This document shows positions 1 through 12,022 of a DNA stretch of 64,000 nt, one piece after another. This stretch comes from Octopus vulgaris. Taxonomy: Eukaryota. The stretch is from assembly GCA_951406725.2 (NCBI GenBank), contig OX597814.1, positions 24,428,001 to 24,492,000 of the forward strand, given 5' to 3'. Within the stretch, counting starts at the first letter, position 1. Each line of letters starts with the position of its first letter. The notes below the pieces were generated by a model. The model had not been told where the DNA came from and searched no databases. It saw nothing but the letters and a program-made list of their open reading frames with translations. The position numbers and the translations under genes were made by a program.

Positions 1-519
1 ACAAGTAAAAGAGATAAAAGATATATATATATATATCAATTTGCTCCTTTGTGTTTGTGTGTTTGTGTATTCGTGTGTACGTGTGTTTGTCTGTGACTGT
101 GTGTGATATTCAAATTTGTCCTTTAATGAATTTTGCTTTAGAAAGCAAAACTCCAATTGAAATGTTCAAACGTAGGATTTCCATCAATGTTTGCTTTGAA
201 ACAGGGGAAGAATATTTTGACAAGTAATATTTTAGTAAAATTACATTTTTGTTTCTTTGATATCAATATATATTGCCTGATAGAAAACTATTTCATATCC
301 TGAAGAGTGCTTTTGCAATGGGCCTGTCCTCACCCCATTAAAAGGAGGAGGAGTAAAAATATTTATGCATCATATCTACGAATATACTGATATTTTCAAA
401 ATGGTTAAATTGATTTGTTTTGCAATATTGTTACAAAAGCGTTTACAGTAGCCTTCAGAGAGTTCACGATATATAGGAAGGTTTTTCTCATAAATTGATT
501 TCTCCTCTCTTTTGATGCT

Positions 520-1437
520 AAAAATAAAATTATATGTATGCATCTATGTATATATAACTATGTATACAAATGCATCAATATATATATATATGTATGTGTT
601 TGTGTGAGTGAGTGTTTATCTCTATCTAACCCTCTCACTCTTTCTATATATGTATGTTTGTGCATGTGTGTGTGTGTGTGTGTATACATGCACATATAAT
701 ACAAATATATATATATATATATATATATTTGTATGTAATATATAAATATATATATATATATAATCATATATATATATATATATATATATATAACTATGAG
801 TGGGTGTATAAATCTTTTTGTATATAAATAGATATATGAATGTATGCATGCTTGTGTATGTACACGTGTGTGTGCATGCATACATGTGTGTGTGTGACAT
901 AGTAAAAAGAAGAATAACTTTATATCAAATAATTTGTATAAAAATATTGATTACGTCTTTTACTGAAACAAATTACATAAACTGGAAGATATCAGTTTTC
1001 AGTCTGCCATTTTAAAAGTTATTGACAGAAATATATATGTAAATGGAAAATTGTTCATATAGCATATAAGACTGAAGAAATGTCTTTGCATGTATGCACA
1101 TGAAGACACATGCACACACACATACACACACTCACTTGCATATGGATATATGTATATATATATATGTATATGCATATATATGTAGATGCATATGCATATA
1201 TATGAATGTAGATAGTTATATACATATAAATGAATGTATGTATATATGTATATATATATGTATGTATATATGTATATGCATATATATGAATGTAGATATT
1301 TATACCCATATGAATGTATGTATATATATATATACACATACACATTTACATATGTGTGTACATACATATGTGTGTGTGTGTATATATATGTATATATATA
1401 TATAATCATTTAACGTCCGTTTTTCGATGATATATAG

Positions 1438-1479
<42 letters not shown>

Positions 1480-1480
1480 T
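520..1480. repeat. Compound (TA)n/(TG)n/(CA)n microsatellite region
   Basis: Dinucleotide runs visible directly; they explain the YIYI/VCVC/HTHT ORFs. Confidence 0.95.
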
Positions 1481-2012
1481 CAATTTCATATATGTAGACA
1501 GGTATCATAGAGATTCTTTGCAATAAACAACTTTAAATTGTGTGGGCATTTGTGAATAAATACATAATGTCTGTGGATATACACACACCTATAAACCTGC
1601 TCATATTTATTTAATATAAAGATTCAGTTAACTGGAAAGAGAGGCAAAATCGTAGTACTCCTGCTGGGAAAATGACCATGCTTTATATGCAGAATAGTAT
1701 TGGGTAGGAAAGAATTTAGCACAATTGTTTACCAGTTGTGATCTATGGATGTATGAGAGTGCTATGATAAAATGAATCTGGTAAGCTTTACAAGGTGGAT
1801 GGTGATATGAAGAGAATCAAGTTATAGAAACTATGCAAAATATATGTAATTGACTTGCTACATGACAATGTGTTCAACCAATGTTAGCATGAACAAGTGG
1901 ATACAAAATGATGATGATATGTATGAATGCATGCAAGTTTGTGTGTCTGCATGCACACATGTACATGCATGTATATATATTATATATATATATGTGTGTG
2001 TGTGTGTAAGTC

Positions 2013-2286
2013 AAGGCGCATGGCTCAGTGGTTAGTGTCGAGCTTACGATCGCGAGGTTGTGAGTTCGAATCCCGGACCGGGCTGCATGTTGTGTTCTTG
2101 AGCAAGACACTTTATTTCACATTGCTCCAATTCACTCAGCTGTAGATAACACTGGTGGTGTGGAAAGCGGAGGCCTGTATACATGGGCAACTACTGGTCT
2201 TCCATAAACAACCTTGCCTGGACTTGTGCCCGGGAGGGTAACCTAGGTGCAATCCCATGGTCAGTCATGACCGAAGGAGGTCTCAG
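2013..2286 (+). mobile_element. tRNA-derived SINE, head type D
   Basis: A-box TGGCTCAGTGG and B-box GAGTTCGAATCC, then TTGAGCAAGACACTT. Homologous to 59510-59822. Confidence 0.85.
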
Positions 2287-2327
2287 TATGTCTGTGTGTA
2301 TGTATATATTTATATATGTATGTATAT

Positions 2328-3075
2328 AGTTCATCATTGAAACCATAGACCAGCTGCAAACCATGCTAACAAAGCTGGACTCAGAGCTTCACAGCAGGTC
2401 TTAAAATGAATTGCTTGCTAACAAAATTTAGGCAGACGGAACATGTAATACAAGGCTAAATAGCAGTGGGAAGCAATGAAATTGAGAAAGTAAAGGAGTA
2501 TATCCATTTAGGGCACACAGTGAATATGTGCCAAGATATAGATGTTGAAATCTCAAAGAGAATAAGGGCCAGAGGGAAGGTATTTAATTCAATAAGGGAT
2601 GTGCTAGACAATACCATACTGGCCAAATTCTTCAATAGCACTATCCTATGATCTTACATACACTCTTATACATATTTGAGATATAGGCTACTACAAAGAG
2701 GATAGAATATGGATTGGTTATGATGTAAAGAGCCATGGAAAGATTCATGCTAGGAATATCATTATAAAACATATTTGAAATGAGATCATTCATGAATGGA
2801 GTGGAGCAAATGTAATTGCAGAATACTGAAAACACAAGTTCCACTTCATGTCAGAAACAACAGGGTTTAGAGACAACAGGTGGACTCATGAAGTTGCCAA
2901 ATGGTATCCAAGAGATCAGAAAAGGCTATTTTGAAGGCTTCTGTGATGATGGGAATATGAGCCAATTAAGCAACTTGGGTCGAGTTGGAAAAGAATGGTG
3001 CAAATAAGAGGGAATTGGGAGCAAATTGTTCTCAGTGGCATATAACTGCAACTGATGGTCAGATCAATACTGTGA
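2328..3075 (+). mobile_element. Degenerate RTE-clade LINE, C-terminal part of the RT
   Basis: Translates to IEKVKEYIHLGHTVNM..DVEISKRIRARGKVFNSIRDVL..AKFFNSTIL..RAMERFMLGISL..DNRWTHEVAKWYPRD, with stops and frameshifts. Typical RTE ORF2 end. Confidence 0.85.
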
Positions 3076-3105
3076 TAGAGCGACCCCCAATCCAAGTACA
3101 AATTC

Positions 3106-3730
3106 AAGAATTGATGTTTGCAAGAAGAATAAAATCCATTTTTGATAAGTAATTACCAGAGCAAAAGGAAAAAAAGATGTAAAGGAAATCCGAAAGAGTC
3201 AATGAAACATGTCGAGATAGGTGATAAAGTGCATTTCAAAACCTATAGAAACAGTAAATGAGAAGATGGTTTTGTTACCAGAAAAATTCGAAGTATGATG
3301 TCAAACGGTTAGCATAAGAAACATAAACCAACCAAGGAAGAGGGATATCCAGGATCAGAAAGAAATTCCCCTGGAAGTATTCTGTGAAATATTCGATGTG
3401 CTGGTACCAAAAGTAACAGTCCTGTAGAACCAGCATGAGAAAAAGCAGACCAAGCCCCTTGAGATAATGCCCAAGTGAAAGAGACATTAATGAATAATTG
3501 AATAAAAAATAAATGAAAAATTCTTTATTCCTTTGAAACACGAAATCTCAAAAGAGGCAATGTTGTGCGAGAATAGACTGGATTACTATATATAAATAGT
3601 AGCAGTCTGAGTAAGTAAGGTAAAAAGTTCATAGCTGGGGTTCAAAGTTTACAGTTTGAGTTAGCATGTTGGATTGTTGGTTCTTAAAAGATTGTTGTTG
3701 TTCTATTTTGATTAAATGTTTATTACATTG
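3106..3730 (+). mobile_element. Gypsy/Ty3 LTR retrotransposon 3' remnant (post-integrase pol tail, purine tract, probable 3' LTR start)
   Basis: ELMFARRIKSIFDK*LP..HKKHINQPRKR..EIPLEVFCEIFDV..KQTKPLEIMPK, then purine-rich AAAGAGG and TGTTGTG at 3561. Confidence 0.7.
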
Positions 3731-4400
3731 TTGCAATGTATTCATTTATCCATAAGTATGAAACAAATACGATGTTATTTATAAATATATGTTTAGGTTT
3801 GTATGAGCATAAACATGCGTGTGTGTGTGTGAGGGAGGTGAAAACATGTATGTGTAAATAAGAGGAGCAGTCAATACTAAAAAATGTGATATTAGATCTT
3901 ATTGGAAGCTTGAAAGCAGAAGTCTTCACAAATCGTTACTCTGTGCCATGTGTTTCTGACCTTGAAACAAAGAGAATAAAATATAAGGTTTTTGAAGGTA
4001 ACTAGAAGTCAATGATAGCAAATATTGAACATTGATTGGATGGCAACAGCTTTTGAAACAAAGGATCATGTTAACTAAATTATATGCCTGTTAAAGTAAA
4101 AATGAACATACCAAAAAAGTTTTGAAAAACATTAACATGTGCAAATAAAAACATTGGAGAAGAACAACAACAACAGCAGGAGAAACAAGACCAATAGGAG
4201 CAGCTGCAATAACAACAACAATGCATTTATCTATAGTGAAATGAAATAAGAAAGATATATGCAAAAACAGTGAATATGGAATAAGCAAAAATAATAATAA
4301 TGGAAACAATAGATGAAGGAAAATATTAAAAAGTCATGTATCTGTTCTGAAATAAGTATACGGTAAAACCATTTCATGGTTTTATCGTATAATGAATGTC

Positions 4401-4446
<46 letters not shown>

Positions 4447-4449
<3 letters not shown>

Positions 4450-5117
4450 TATAAATTAGGGTATCTACGAGATACCACCATGCTGAAAATAGCAGTCATG
4501 ATCTAACTCTAAAACCACGTTAATTATCCATATATCAACATGGAGAGAAAACAGAGACAAGATGAAACTAGCAAAAAATTACTGGATAATTCTAGATCCC
4601 GGATTTCTGACTTTGCATTTAGAAATGCTTTGCCTCGTCAGTAGAGTACACACAGAAAGGAAACATAAATACATATATATATATATATATAAATACAACA
4701 TACAAATACTTACGTATACGAACGTATACCCACATATACATGCACGTATGCATCATGGCCAGTTCAAAATGCCCACCATTTAATTTCATGTAAGGTATGG
4801 GTAAAATAGCGCTGCAGTAAATAGTGATGAAATAAATTTAAATTTATATAAATAAGAATAAGATCGTTAATTTATAATAAAATAACGATTTTATCAAGTG
4901 GTCAGCATGGAAAAAAAATAATCTTCAAAGGTAATAATTATCAAAATTATAAATTAGGGTATCTATGAGATACCACCATGCTGAAAATAGCAGTCATGAT
5001 GTGACTCTAAAACCACCTTAATTATCTATATATCAACACGGAGAGAAAACAAAGAGACATGATGAAACTAGTAAATAATTACTGGATTTCTGACTTTGCA
5101 TTTAGGAATGCTTTACC
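4447..5117 (-). mobile_element. Partial tandem repeat (~500-bp period) carrying a hammerhead; Penelope pLTR or retrozyme-like
   Basis: 4447-4635 is repeated at 4946-5117, and a hammerhead core lies on the minus strand. Confidence 0.65.
4588..4647 (-). ncRNA. Type I (minimal, dimer-type) hammerhead ribozyme motif
   Basis: Minus strand reads actcta-CTGACGA-ggc aaa gcattt ct aaatgc aaa gtc-a-GAAA-tcc g gga-TC-tagaat. Core, stem II, self-complementary stem III and stem I (tcta/taga) are present; there is one extra A before GAAA. Confidence 0.7.
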
Positions 5118-5360
5118 TCCGAGCTGTTTGAACGATAGGGTGTCCCCGACATGCTAGTTTCAGACAATGGAGTGCAGTTCTCTGGGTATGAATCCAAGAA
5201 CTTCTCTAAAAGGTATGCAATAAAGCATATTTTCACTCAACCCTACCACCCGAGATCAAACGGGCAGGTAGAAAGATTTGTAGGCACCTTTAAAGAGAGC
5301 GTTAAGAAAAATGAGGAATAAACTAACAACAAAGCACTGATAAATTTCTTAAGAATATAC
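5118..5360 (+). mobile_element. Gypsy integrase core fragment
   Basis: ELFER*GVPDMLVSDNGVQFSGYESKNF..HIFTQPYHPRSNGQVERFVGTFK contains the SDNG and YHPxSNGxxER motifs. Confidence 0.9.
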
Positions 5361-5953
5361 AGAGTTTCTATGGAATGGAGTAGGAAAAATCCAGGCTAAA
5401 TATATTTCATACCGAGCAGAACCTTGGAAGTGGTAAAATCCAAGCGAGGTGTATACTGCTGGCTACTTCTCAGGCCAAGGATATCCTGATTTGATTAAAG
5501 GTTACATGTTCTGATTGAATCTTATTTGCATCAACATCTACCTCCTTGCCACAATCTAACCTTTAATCTAATCAAGATACCTATTTCTTTACTACCCATA
5601 AGGGGCTAAACACAGAGAGGACAAACAAGGACAGACAAATGGATTAAGTCGATTATATCGACCCCAGTGCATAACTGGTACTTAATTTATCGACCCCGAA
5701 AGAATGAAAGGCAAAGTCGACCTCGGCGGAATTTGAACTCAGAACGTAACGGCAGACGAAATACAGCTACGCATTTCGTCCGGCGTGCTAACGTTTCTGC
5801 CAGCTCACCACCTTTAATCTAATCAAGATACCCTTGGGCTGAAGAGTAGCCAGCAGTATATACCTCACTTGGATTTTGTTACTTCCACAGTTCTGCTCGC
5901 TATGAAACATATGTAGCCTAGATCTTTCCTACTCCATTCTGTAACTCTTGTAT
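5357..5953. mobile_element. Fold-back/MITE-like element with ~140-bp inverted arms, interrupted by a SINE
   Basis: About 5357-5503 is the reverse complement of about 5811-5953 (GAATGGAGTAGGAAA..ATACTGCTGGCTAC..GATTAAAGG). Confidence 0.8.
5582..5812 (-). mobile_element. tRNA-SINE type A (GCCTTTCATCCTTTCGGGGTCGATAAATTAAGTACCAG central domain)
   Basis: Full-length copy. TSD of about 20-22 bp, CCTTTAATCTAATCAAGATACC, at 5560 and 5811. Confidence 0.9.
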
Positions 5954-6389
5954 TTTTATTCTCACACCCAGCAGCCCTGGTTGCCTACTGTGGAATATAA
6001 AAACAACTTTTTTCAGTTTACTGTTCTTCAATACAAAAAAAAAACCAAAACCTTCCATCTCAATAAACCAATATTGTCCCTGAAAGGTGTTTTCTTACGT
6101 TTACTATAGATTGCTTGAAGCTAATTTTCTTTCTACACCTCAATCACTAAATCTTACAATTATATATATATAATCCTCCAGCATTATTTCATACTAAATA
6201 TATCACACATTCAATGAAGAATGATATTTTGATTTGTTTGTTTGTTGTCCATATTACCTGAATAAATTCTGCTCAAATTACAATACAAAAGTATTATTTG
6301 CATTTAGTTCTGTTAAAGTGCCAATGGAAAAAATTAATACTAATATGAGGTAATAAGTGTTTCTAATTTAAGCAAAAAGCCAGAAATAT

Positions 6390-6745
6390 TCTTTATTACT
6401 CTAGGCACAAGGCCCTAAATTTTTGGGGAGGAGGCCAGTCAATTAGATCGACCCCAGTACACAGCTGATACTTAATTTATCAACCCCAAAAGGATGAAAG
6501 CCAAAGTTGACCTCGGCAGAATTTTAACTCAGAATGTAAAGACAGACAAAAAAAGAAAAAGCCAAGGATATTGAGTTGACAAGGGGGTTAGCTGATGCTA
6601 TCAAACTACTACTCAACTGGTGCTTTATTTTATTAATCCTAGATACATAAGAGGCAAATTTAACTTTAATGAAATCGGAACTCAGAATGTAAAAAGCCAG
6701 AAGAAATACCACAAAGTATTTTCTCCACAGCTTTAAGAATTCTGG
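6390..6745 (-). mobile_element. Two degenerate type A SINE pieces
   Basis: CGACCCCAGT..CTTAATTTATCAACCCCAAAAGGATGAAAG..GAACTCAGAATGTAAA motifs. Confidence 0.7.
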
Positions 6746-6948
6746 CTGAAACTGGCTCTGGCTCTGTTGTACAAATGTCTTGTTTACATAAGTTTTGAAT
6801 TAAAATCTTCCACCAAACCTTAGTTACAATTTATGTTCCTAATACTAGCTGAATGAAACTAAGTTATTTTACTAAATTCTTTGTTATATTTAAAGTAATT
6901 GAAAGAAATACAGAGCATCTCAAAATAAATACAGTAACGAAAGGGTTA
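6744..6948. mobile_element. One end of a piggyBac-like non-autonomous element
   Basis: Ends in ..CAGTAACGAAAGGG-TTAA (CCCTTT terminus plus TTAA). The other end was not seen. Confidence 0.55.
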
Positions 6949-7964
6949 ATAATGAAGAAACACTATTATCAAATGTAATACCCAAACTATAATGTTCTAT
7001 GGATAACCCATAATTAATTGAAAAAATCCCAGTATTTATTTCATTAACACAAGACTAATGAACAACAAATAGACTTGAGTTGGATCTGAACTCTTAACAT
7101 AGAGGAGCATTGCAATTTGTAATGAATACATGAGCAAGACAAAAAATTCATAGAAAATTAGTGATAGAGCTGTGTTTCTGTTCTTATATTGCAGACTTAA
7201 CCAGTTGCTCTATTTAACCTACCTAGTGTTTGGCCACCTTTAGTGGAATCGCTCCACTCTGTTGTACGTATATGAACCAGGTCACTTGCTCAGAAAAACT
7301 CAATATCCTGATGCAATGATTTCTACTATGGCAACACATGTGTTTTTGTTTCTTCTTTCCTTCCCTCAAAAGTCTCAGAGGCTCTGCATGAGGTTATGGG
7401 CATTGCCCTTTCTCCTTTGGGTAAACCGCAAAACAAGAATAAGAAACCACAAGGAAAAAATACAGAAAGATATATACTAGTTGCTCTGTACATCCAAAAA
7501 ATCAAAAGTTATATTCTATATCATCTTTCTACTGAGAAAACAATCAATTTTAAGAAAGCATTACATCAAGTAGATGTATTCTCAGACATAGGTTAGTAAA
7601 GATTTATCTAGAAGGTTAAACAAACAAGTTGGCAATCTCCTAAGGGAATTTCTTATGTCAAATTTTGAAGCACCTATGAATTAATGACTAACGGCAACTA
7701 TTAATACCTGAATTAATACAATATATATATATATATATACATACAGGTATGTATGTACGTACTATGGAGAGAGAGAGAGAGAGAGAAAAGTAAAAACTTG
7801 CAGGACATACGTGTATGAAAGAGATGAGAATGATTGTGTAGAATAGAGAAATATGAAGTAAAAATTAAGAAATACGTAAACAAAAAACAAAAACAGAAAA
7901 AGGAATGAAACTGAAGTAAAAGAGAATGTAACAAAGATATGTATTTGTGAGTGTGAGTAAACAT

Positions 7965-8033
7965 ATCTATATATGTGTGTGTATGTACATATATACATAT
8001 GTATATATTACACTATATATATATATATATGTA

Positions 8034-8070
<37 letters not shown>

Positions 8071-8335
8071 CATGCATATATATGTATATACATGCATATA
8101 TGTATATGTATGCATATATGTATATGCATATATGTAAATGTATATACATGCATATATGTATATGTATATATATATATGTATATGTATGCATATATATGTA
8201 TGCATATATATATGTATATACATGCATATATATGTATATACATGCATATATGTATATATTTGTGTGAGTATACAATATATATATATGTGCATATATATGT
8301 GTGTATGTGCCTATATATATATATATATATATAGA
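7965..8335. repeat. (TA)n/(TATG)n/(CATA)n microsatellite
   Basis: Directly visible. Confidence 0.95.
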
Positions 8336-8887
8336 TGGATGGATGTATATAATTTTTTTTTTTACATGTACAAGACTTTCTAACAGAAACAAAGCAAATG
8401 AAGCTTGTATTCCTGTTGAGCTAATCAAACTAGGACGCCAACCAATTTGAATTAATGTTTTATTTATAAATGTGGCCATCTTAATAAATATTTTAAAGTA
8501 GCTAATTACCACTGTGTGACTAAATCACATGCTACTTTTAATGACTGATTTAAGTTGACATTTCAAAAAAAAGCTAATGAAATTGAGTTAAAGGGAATTA
8601 TAATGTTAAGTTGTGTTTAAATTACAAAATCGCAATAAATGAAATCAATATGTGCTGGGTGGGATTAGTAAGGTCTTGTTAACTTTATTTCTTTTACATG
8701 CAAGTAATTTCCTATTCATAATTTAATACAATTTGTTAGATATCAAAATGGAGTGTTTACCATTTGTCTTCATTTGTAGTACTATCAGACTATATTACTA
8801 ATGTATGAATGAGCCAAAGAGAAATTCTGTGTGATATCTTGACCTATTACTTATAGCAGCCAAATCTCTCTCACATTTTATCATATC

Positions 8888-9280
8888 ACTAGCACTATGA
8901 CCCGGCAACGCCGTGTCATACTGCTAGTGTATGCATATACAGCTGCGTGCTTGTGCATATACACGTGAGTATACACTGTGAGTATACACTGTGTATACAC
9001 GTGAGTATACACTGTCCAAATCTCCGACCAATCACATACATCTAGCTGGCATTCAATTGGCGTATCAAGTTTCGGGCATTTTGATTGGATTTTGGATAGA
9101 AAATTCACAAAAAAGTAACTTCTATTGATTTTTTACTGGCTTTGTGGGGTGACTGGGGAAATGTAAAGATTTGCATGACCACCCTTGGATGGTTTTGAAT
9201 GACCATAGAAAGTGCGAGCCCTCTAACTGAAAAATTGTGGATTTGTATAAAGGACATGCACACAGACATTTTGCCATATA
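8888..9280 (+). mobile_element. Helitron-like (Lep1/HINE-type) non-autonomous element
   Basis: Starts ACTAGC with a GC-rich hairpin (ATGACCCGGCAACGCCGTGTCAT), has an internal GTATACAC minisatellite and ends ACAGAC..TATATATA. Confidence 0.55.
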
Positions 9281-9287
9281 TATATAT

Positions 9288-9926
9288 ACTAGCAGTATCG
9301 CCCGGCGTTGCTCGGGTTTGTAAGGGAAATAACTATATAAGCATTTTTAGAGAGTTATAGCCAAAAAATAGCAAAAAATGCATTAAAAATGGAAAAAATA
9401 TGAGGGTAAATTTTTTTTTAAATCGATGACTCATCGTAGACATTTTTAGAGAGTTACTTCCCTTATATAATAGCGAAAAAATGCATTAAAATGGAAAAAA
9501 AACGATGGTAAATTTCTTTTTAAATCGTAGACTCATGTAGACGCTTTCTTAGCCATTTCTGTTTTGGTGTCTTCAAGCCATGAAGTCGTTGTTCTAAAAG
9601 AACGCTGGTCTCCTTGACAACGCATTACGACGTTGATTTCCTTACACTCCCTTCCCCACAGGTGCAGGTGTGAGCGTGGACGCCAACTCCGCCGCGATCG
9701 ACACACGAAAAATTATGCATTAAAATGGAATAAAAAATAATGTTAAATTATTTTTAAAATCGTAGACTCATTGTAGACGCGCGCTAATACTCAGACGGGC
9801 TCGATATGAATAACGACTATAAGCTACCCGAATTTGGTTAAACTGCACCGCAAAATGTGGGAGTAGTTAGGAATCTAAATCGAAGGGGACAGACACTCAC
9901 ACAACTACAGTTTTATATATATAGAT
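9288..9926 (+). mobile_element. Helitron-like non-autonomous element
   Basis: 5' end ACTAGCAGTATCGCCCGGCGTTGCTCGGGTTTGT is shared with 39132. Three internal TGCATTAAAA..GACTCAT..TAGAC repeats. 3' end CAACTACAGTTTTATATATATAGAT. Confidence 0.6.
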
Positions 9927-9934
9927 ATACATAG

Positions 9935-10534
9935 CGCAGTAGTGGTGAGATGTGACAGCAAAGAAAAGCATACATTCACTCTCTGCATGCAATTAGACTC
10001 GGAAAGTTCGTGAGGAACCCATTGACCCAATTTGCTGACTTTTCCGATAGCACACAGGTCTCAATGAATGGTTGAATGACCAAATCCAAGCTTCTCTGCT
10101 AGTTCCTCAACAGTTACGATGAGATTTTGTTCCACCAGGGTTTTCAGGATGTCCTTGTCGAGTTCTACAGATCTTTCAGGATGAGGCTCGTCTTCTAGGC
10201 TGTAGTTTATGGCTCGGAATTTCTGGAACCACCATTGACACTGCCTTACGCTTATTGTCCAATCCCCATATACTGCATTAATATTTCTTGTACTTTCCGT
10301 TGCGTTGTTGTCTTTATTGAACTCATAAAGCAAAATATGCCAAATATGCTCCTTTGTTACTTCCAACATAGCTTTGAAAAAAATAGCTGTTAAAATTGAA
10401 ATGCACTCTTCAAAACTTGCACTATGAATAAGGACAAGATAAAATTACTACCTGCTTTTATAGCAAGTTAATATAAGTAGTTTATCCCATTCCCCTCTGA
10501 CTTTTAGTTGAAGCTGTTGAAAAAACCGCATTAT
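9935..10534 (-). mobile_element. Mariner transposon 5' part (Hsmar1/SETMAR-like HTH), truncated
   Basis: EHIWHILLYEFNKDNNATESTRNINAVYG..CQWWFQKFR..SLEDEPHPERS..STIH*..GKVSKLGQWVPHEL, which includes the WVPHEL motif. Partial TIR ATAATGCGGTTTTTTCAA at about 10510-10533. Confidence 0.92.
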
Positions 10535-10789
10535 TATATATATATACATACATACATACATACATATACACACACACTCTCTCTCTCACACACATGCACA
10601 CATTTATATTCTGTTATTCTTTTATATGTTTCAGCCTTGAGGTTGTGGCCATGCTGGATCATGTGTGTGTGTGTGTGTGTGTCTATCTGTCTGTCTGTCT
10701 GTATGTATATATGTATATGTATGTGTGTGAACAATAATATTTTCAACAGATGTGTTGCAAATGTATCTGATTGTTCTCAAGCTTCAATA

Positions 10790-10894
10790 CTGTGTGTGTG
10801 TGTATGTGTGTGTGTGTATGTATGTATGTATATGTATGTATGTATGTATATGTATGTATGTATATATGTATGTATGTGTGTGTGTATGTATGTA

Positions 10895-10925
<31 letters not shown>

Positions 10926-11046
10926 GTATGTATGTATGTATATGTATGTATGTATGTATGTGTGTATGTATGTATGTGTGTGTGTATGTATGTATGTGTG
11001 TGTGTATGTGTGTGTATGTATGTATGTATGTATGTATGTATGTATG
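10790..11046. repeat. (GTAT)n/(GT)n microsatellite
   Basis: Directly visible. Confidence 0.95.
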
Positions 11047-12022
11047 AGTGTATGTTTACTTTATTACTAACAGAAGCCACTACGGTTATTTAATGTAAAG
11101 TCTTCCTCAAATCACTCTGTCTCGCTATTTACTCTCTTCCAAGAACATTTTCACTCACTCTTATTTGTTAGCTTCCCATACATTTTACTCATGTATCTAT
11201 CAGCGTGATAGGCAGAAACAAATATTACATCTAGTTTCACTTTATTCGTTACACAGTGTGTGTGTGCGTTTGCGTGTGCTGTAAACCAGACTAAGAAAAG
11301 CATTTGACATATACACCAGAATGTGAGTTTTCTGTAAATTTTGCTTAATTGGAGTTTAAATTTTAAAAACTGGACCTGGCATGACGCGATGCATTGTACT
11401 CTTAAAAATGCTAGGTAAATTGTAATTGAAGAAATCCTATATTGTAGATTTGTATAACTCCCAAAGGGAGGCAGATAAAATCTGCCTTTTATAATAAGAG
11501 ATATATATATATATATGTAGAGAGAGAGATATCTTAAATTCATTTCATCTGCAAGAAAAGAGTGAAAAGATAGGATAGTTCTTGTTGGAATGCCTTTTGA
11601 TGAGAGGTCTACATGATACAGAGACTTTATCAGTCAAAACTGACCTCATATATGCACGTGTACACATAGGCTAAGACAAGATTTTTTAAAGGAAGTCTGG
11701 CAGTTGCTCATGCATGCAAGTTTCACCTTGCCATAATACTGATGTTTAATCAAGGGTAAAACTACCAACTTGAACTGACACAGGTTGGTGTCCGTGTTGT
11801 CACTGATATTGCCATCAGAACAGTGTCAGAAGAATTTCTGGTTAGCATCTTGCTTCACTCTTTAACTATTTTGTCAATGTACAGCAGGCATAGCTGTGCA
11901 ATTAGAAAGGTTGCTTGTCAACCAAATAATTTCAGGTTCAGGCCCACTTTTTGACACTTTGTGCAAGTGTCTTCTGCTATAGCATCAAGCAAGCCAAACA
12001 AAATTTCATGAGTGAACTTCAT

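Noticed and set aside
283-450. Possible plus-strand exon KTISYPEECFCNGPVLTPLKGGG
   Set aside because: Weak splice sites, no recognised homology and no partner exons.
558-1409. Long YIYI/VCVC/HTHT ORFs here and at about 8 kb, 10.5-11 kb, 29.5-31 kb and 49.6-50.1 kb
   Set aside because: They are translations of microsatellites that lack stop codons.
2013-2085. tRNA gene (also 38176, 43449, 57429, 61500)
   Set aside because: The tRNA-like heads continue into SINE bodies, several with TSDs, and no complete cloverleaf is evident.
10061-10369. SETMAR-like gene
   Set aside because: Only a truncated mariner N-terminus with an in-frame stop; there is no SET domain.
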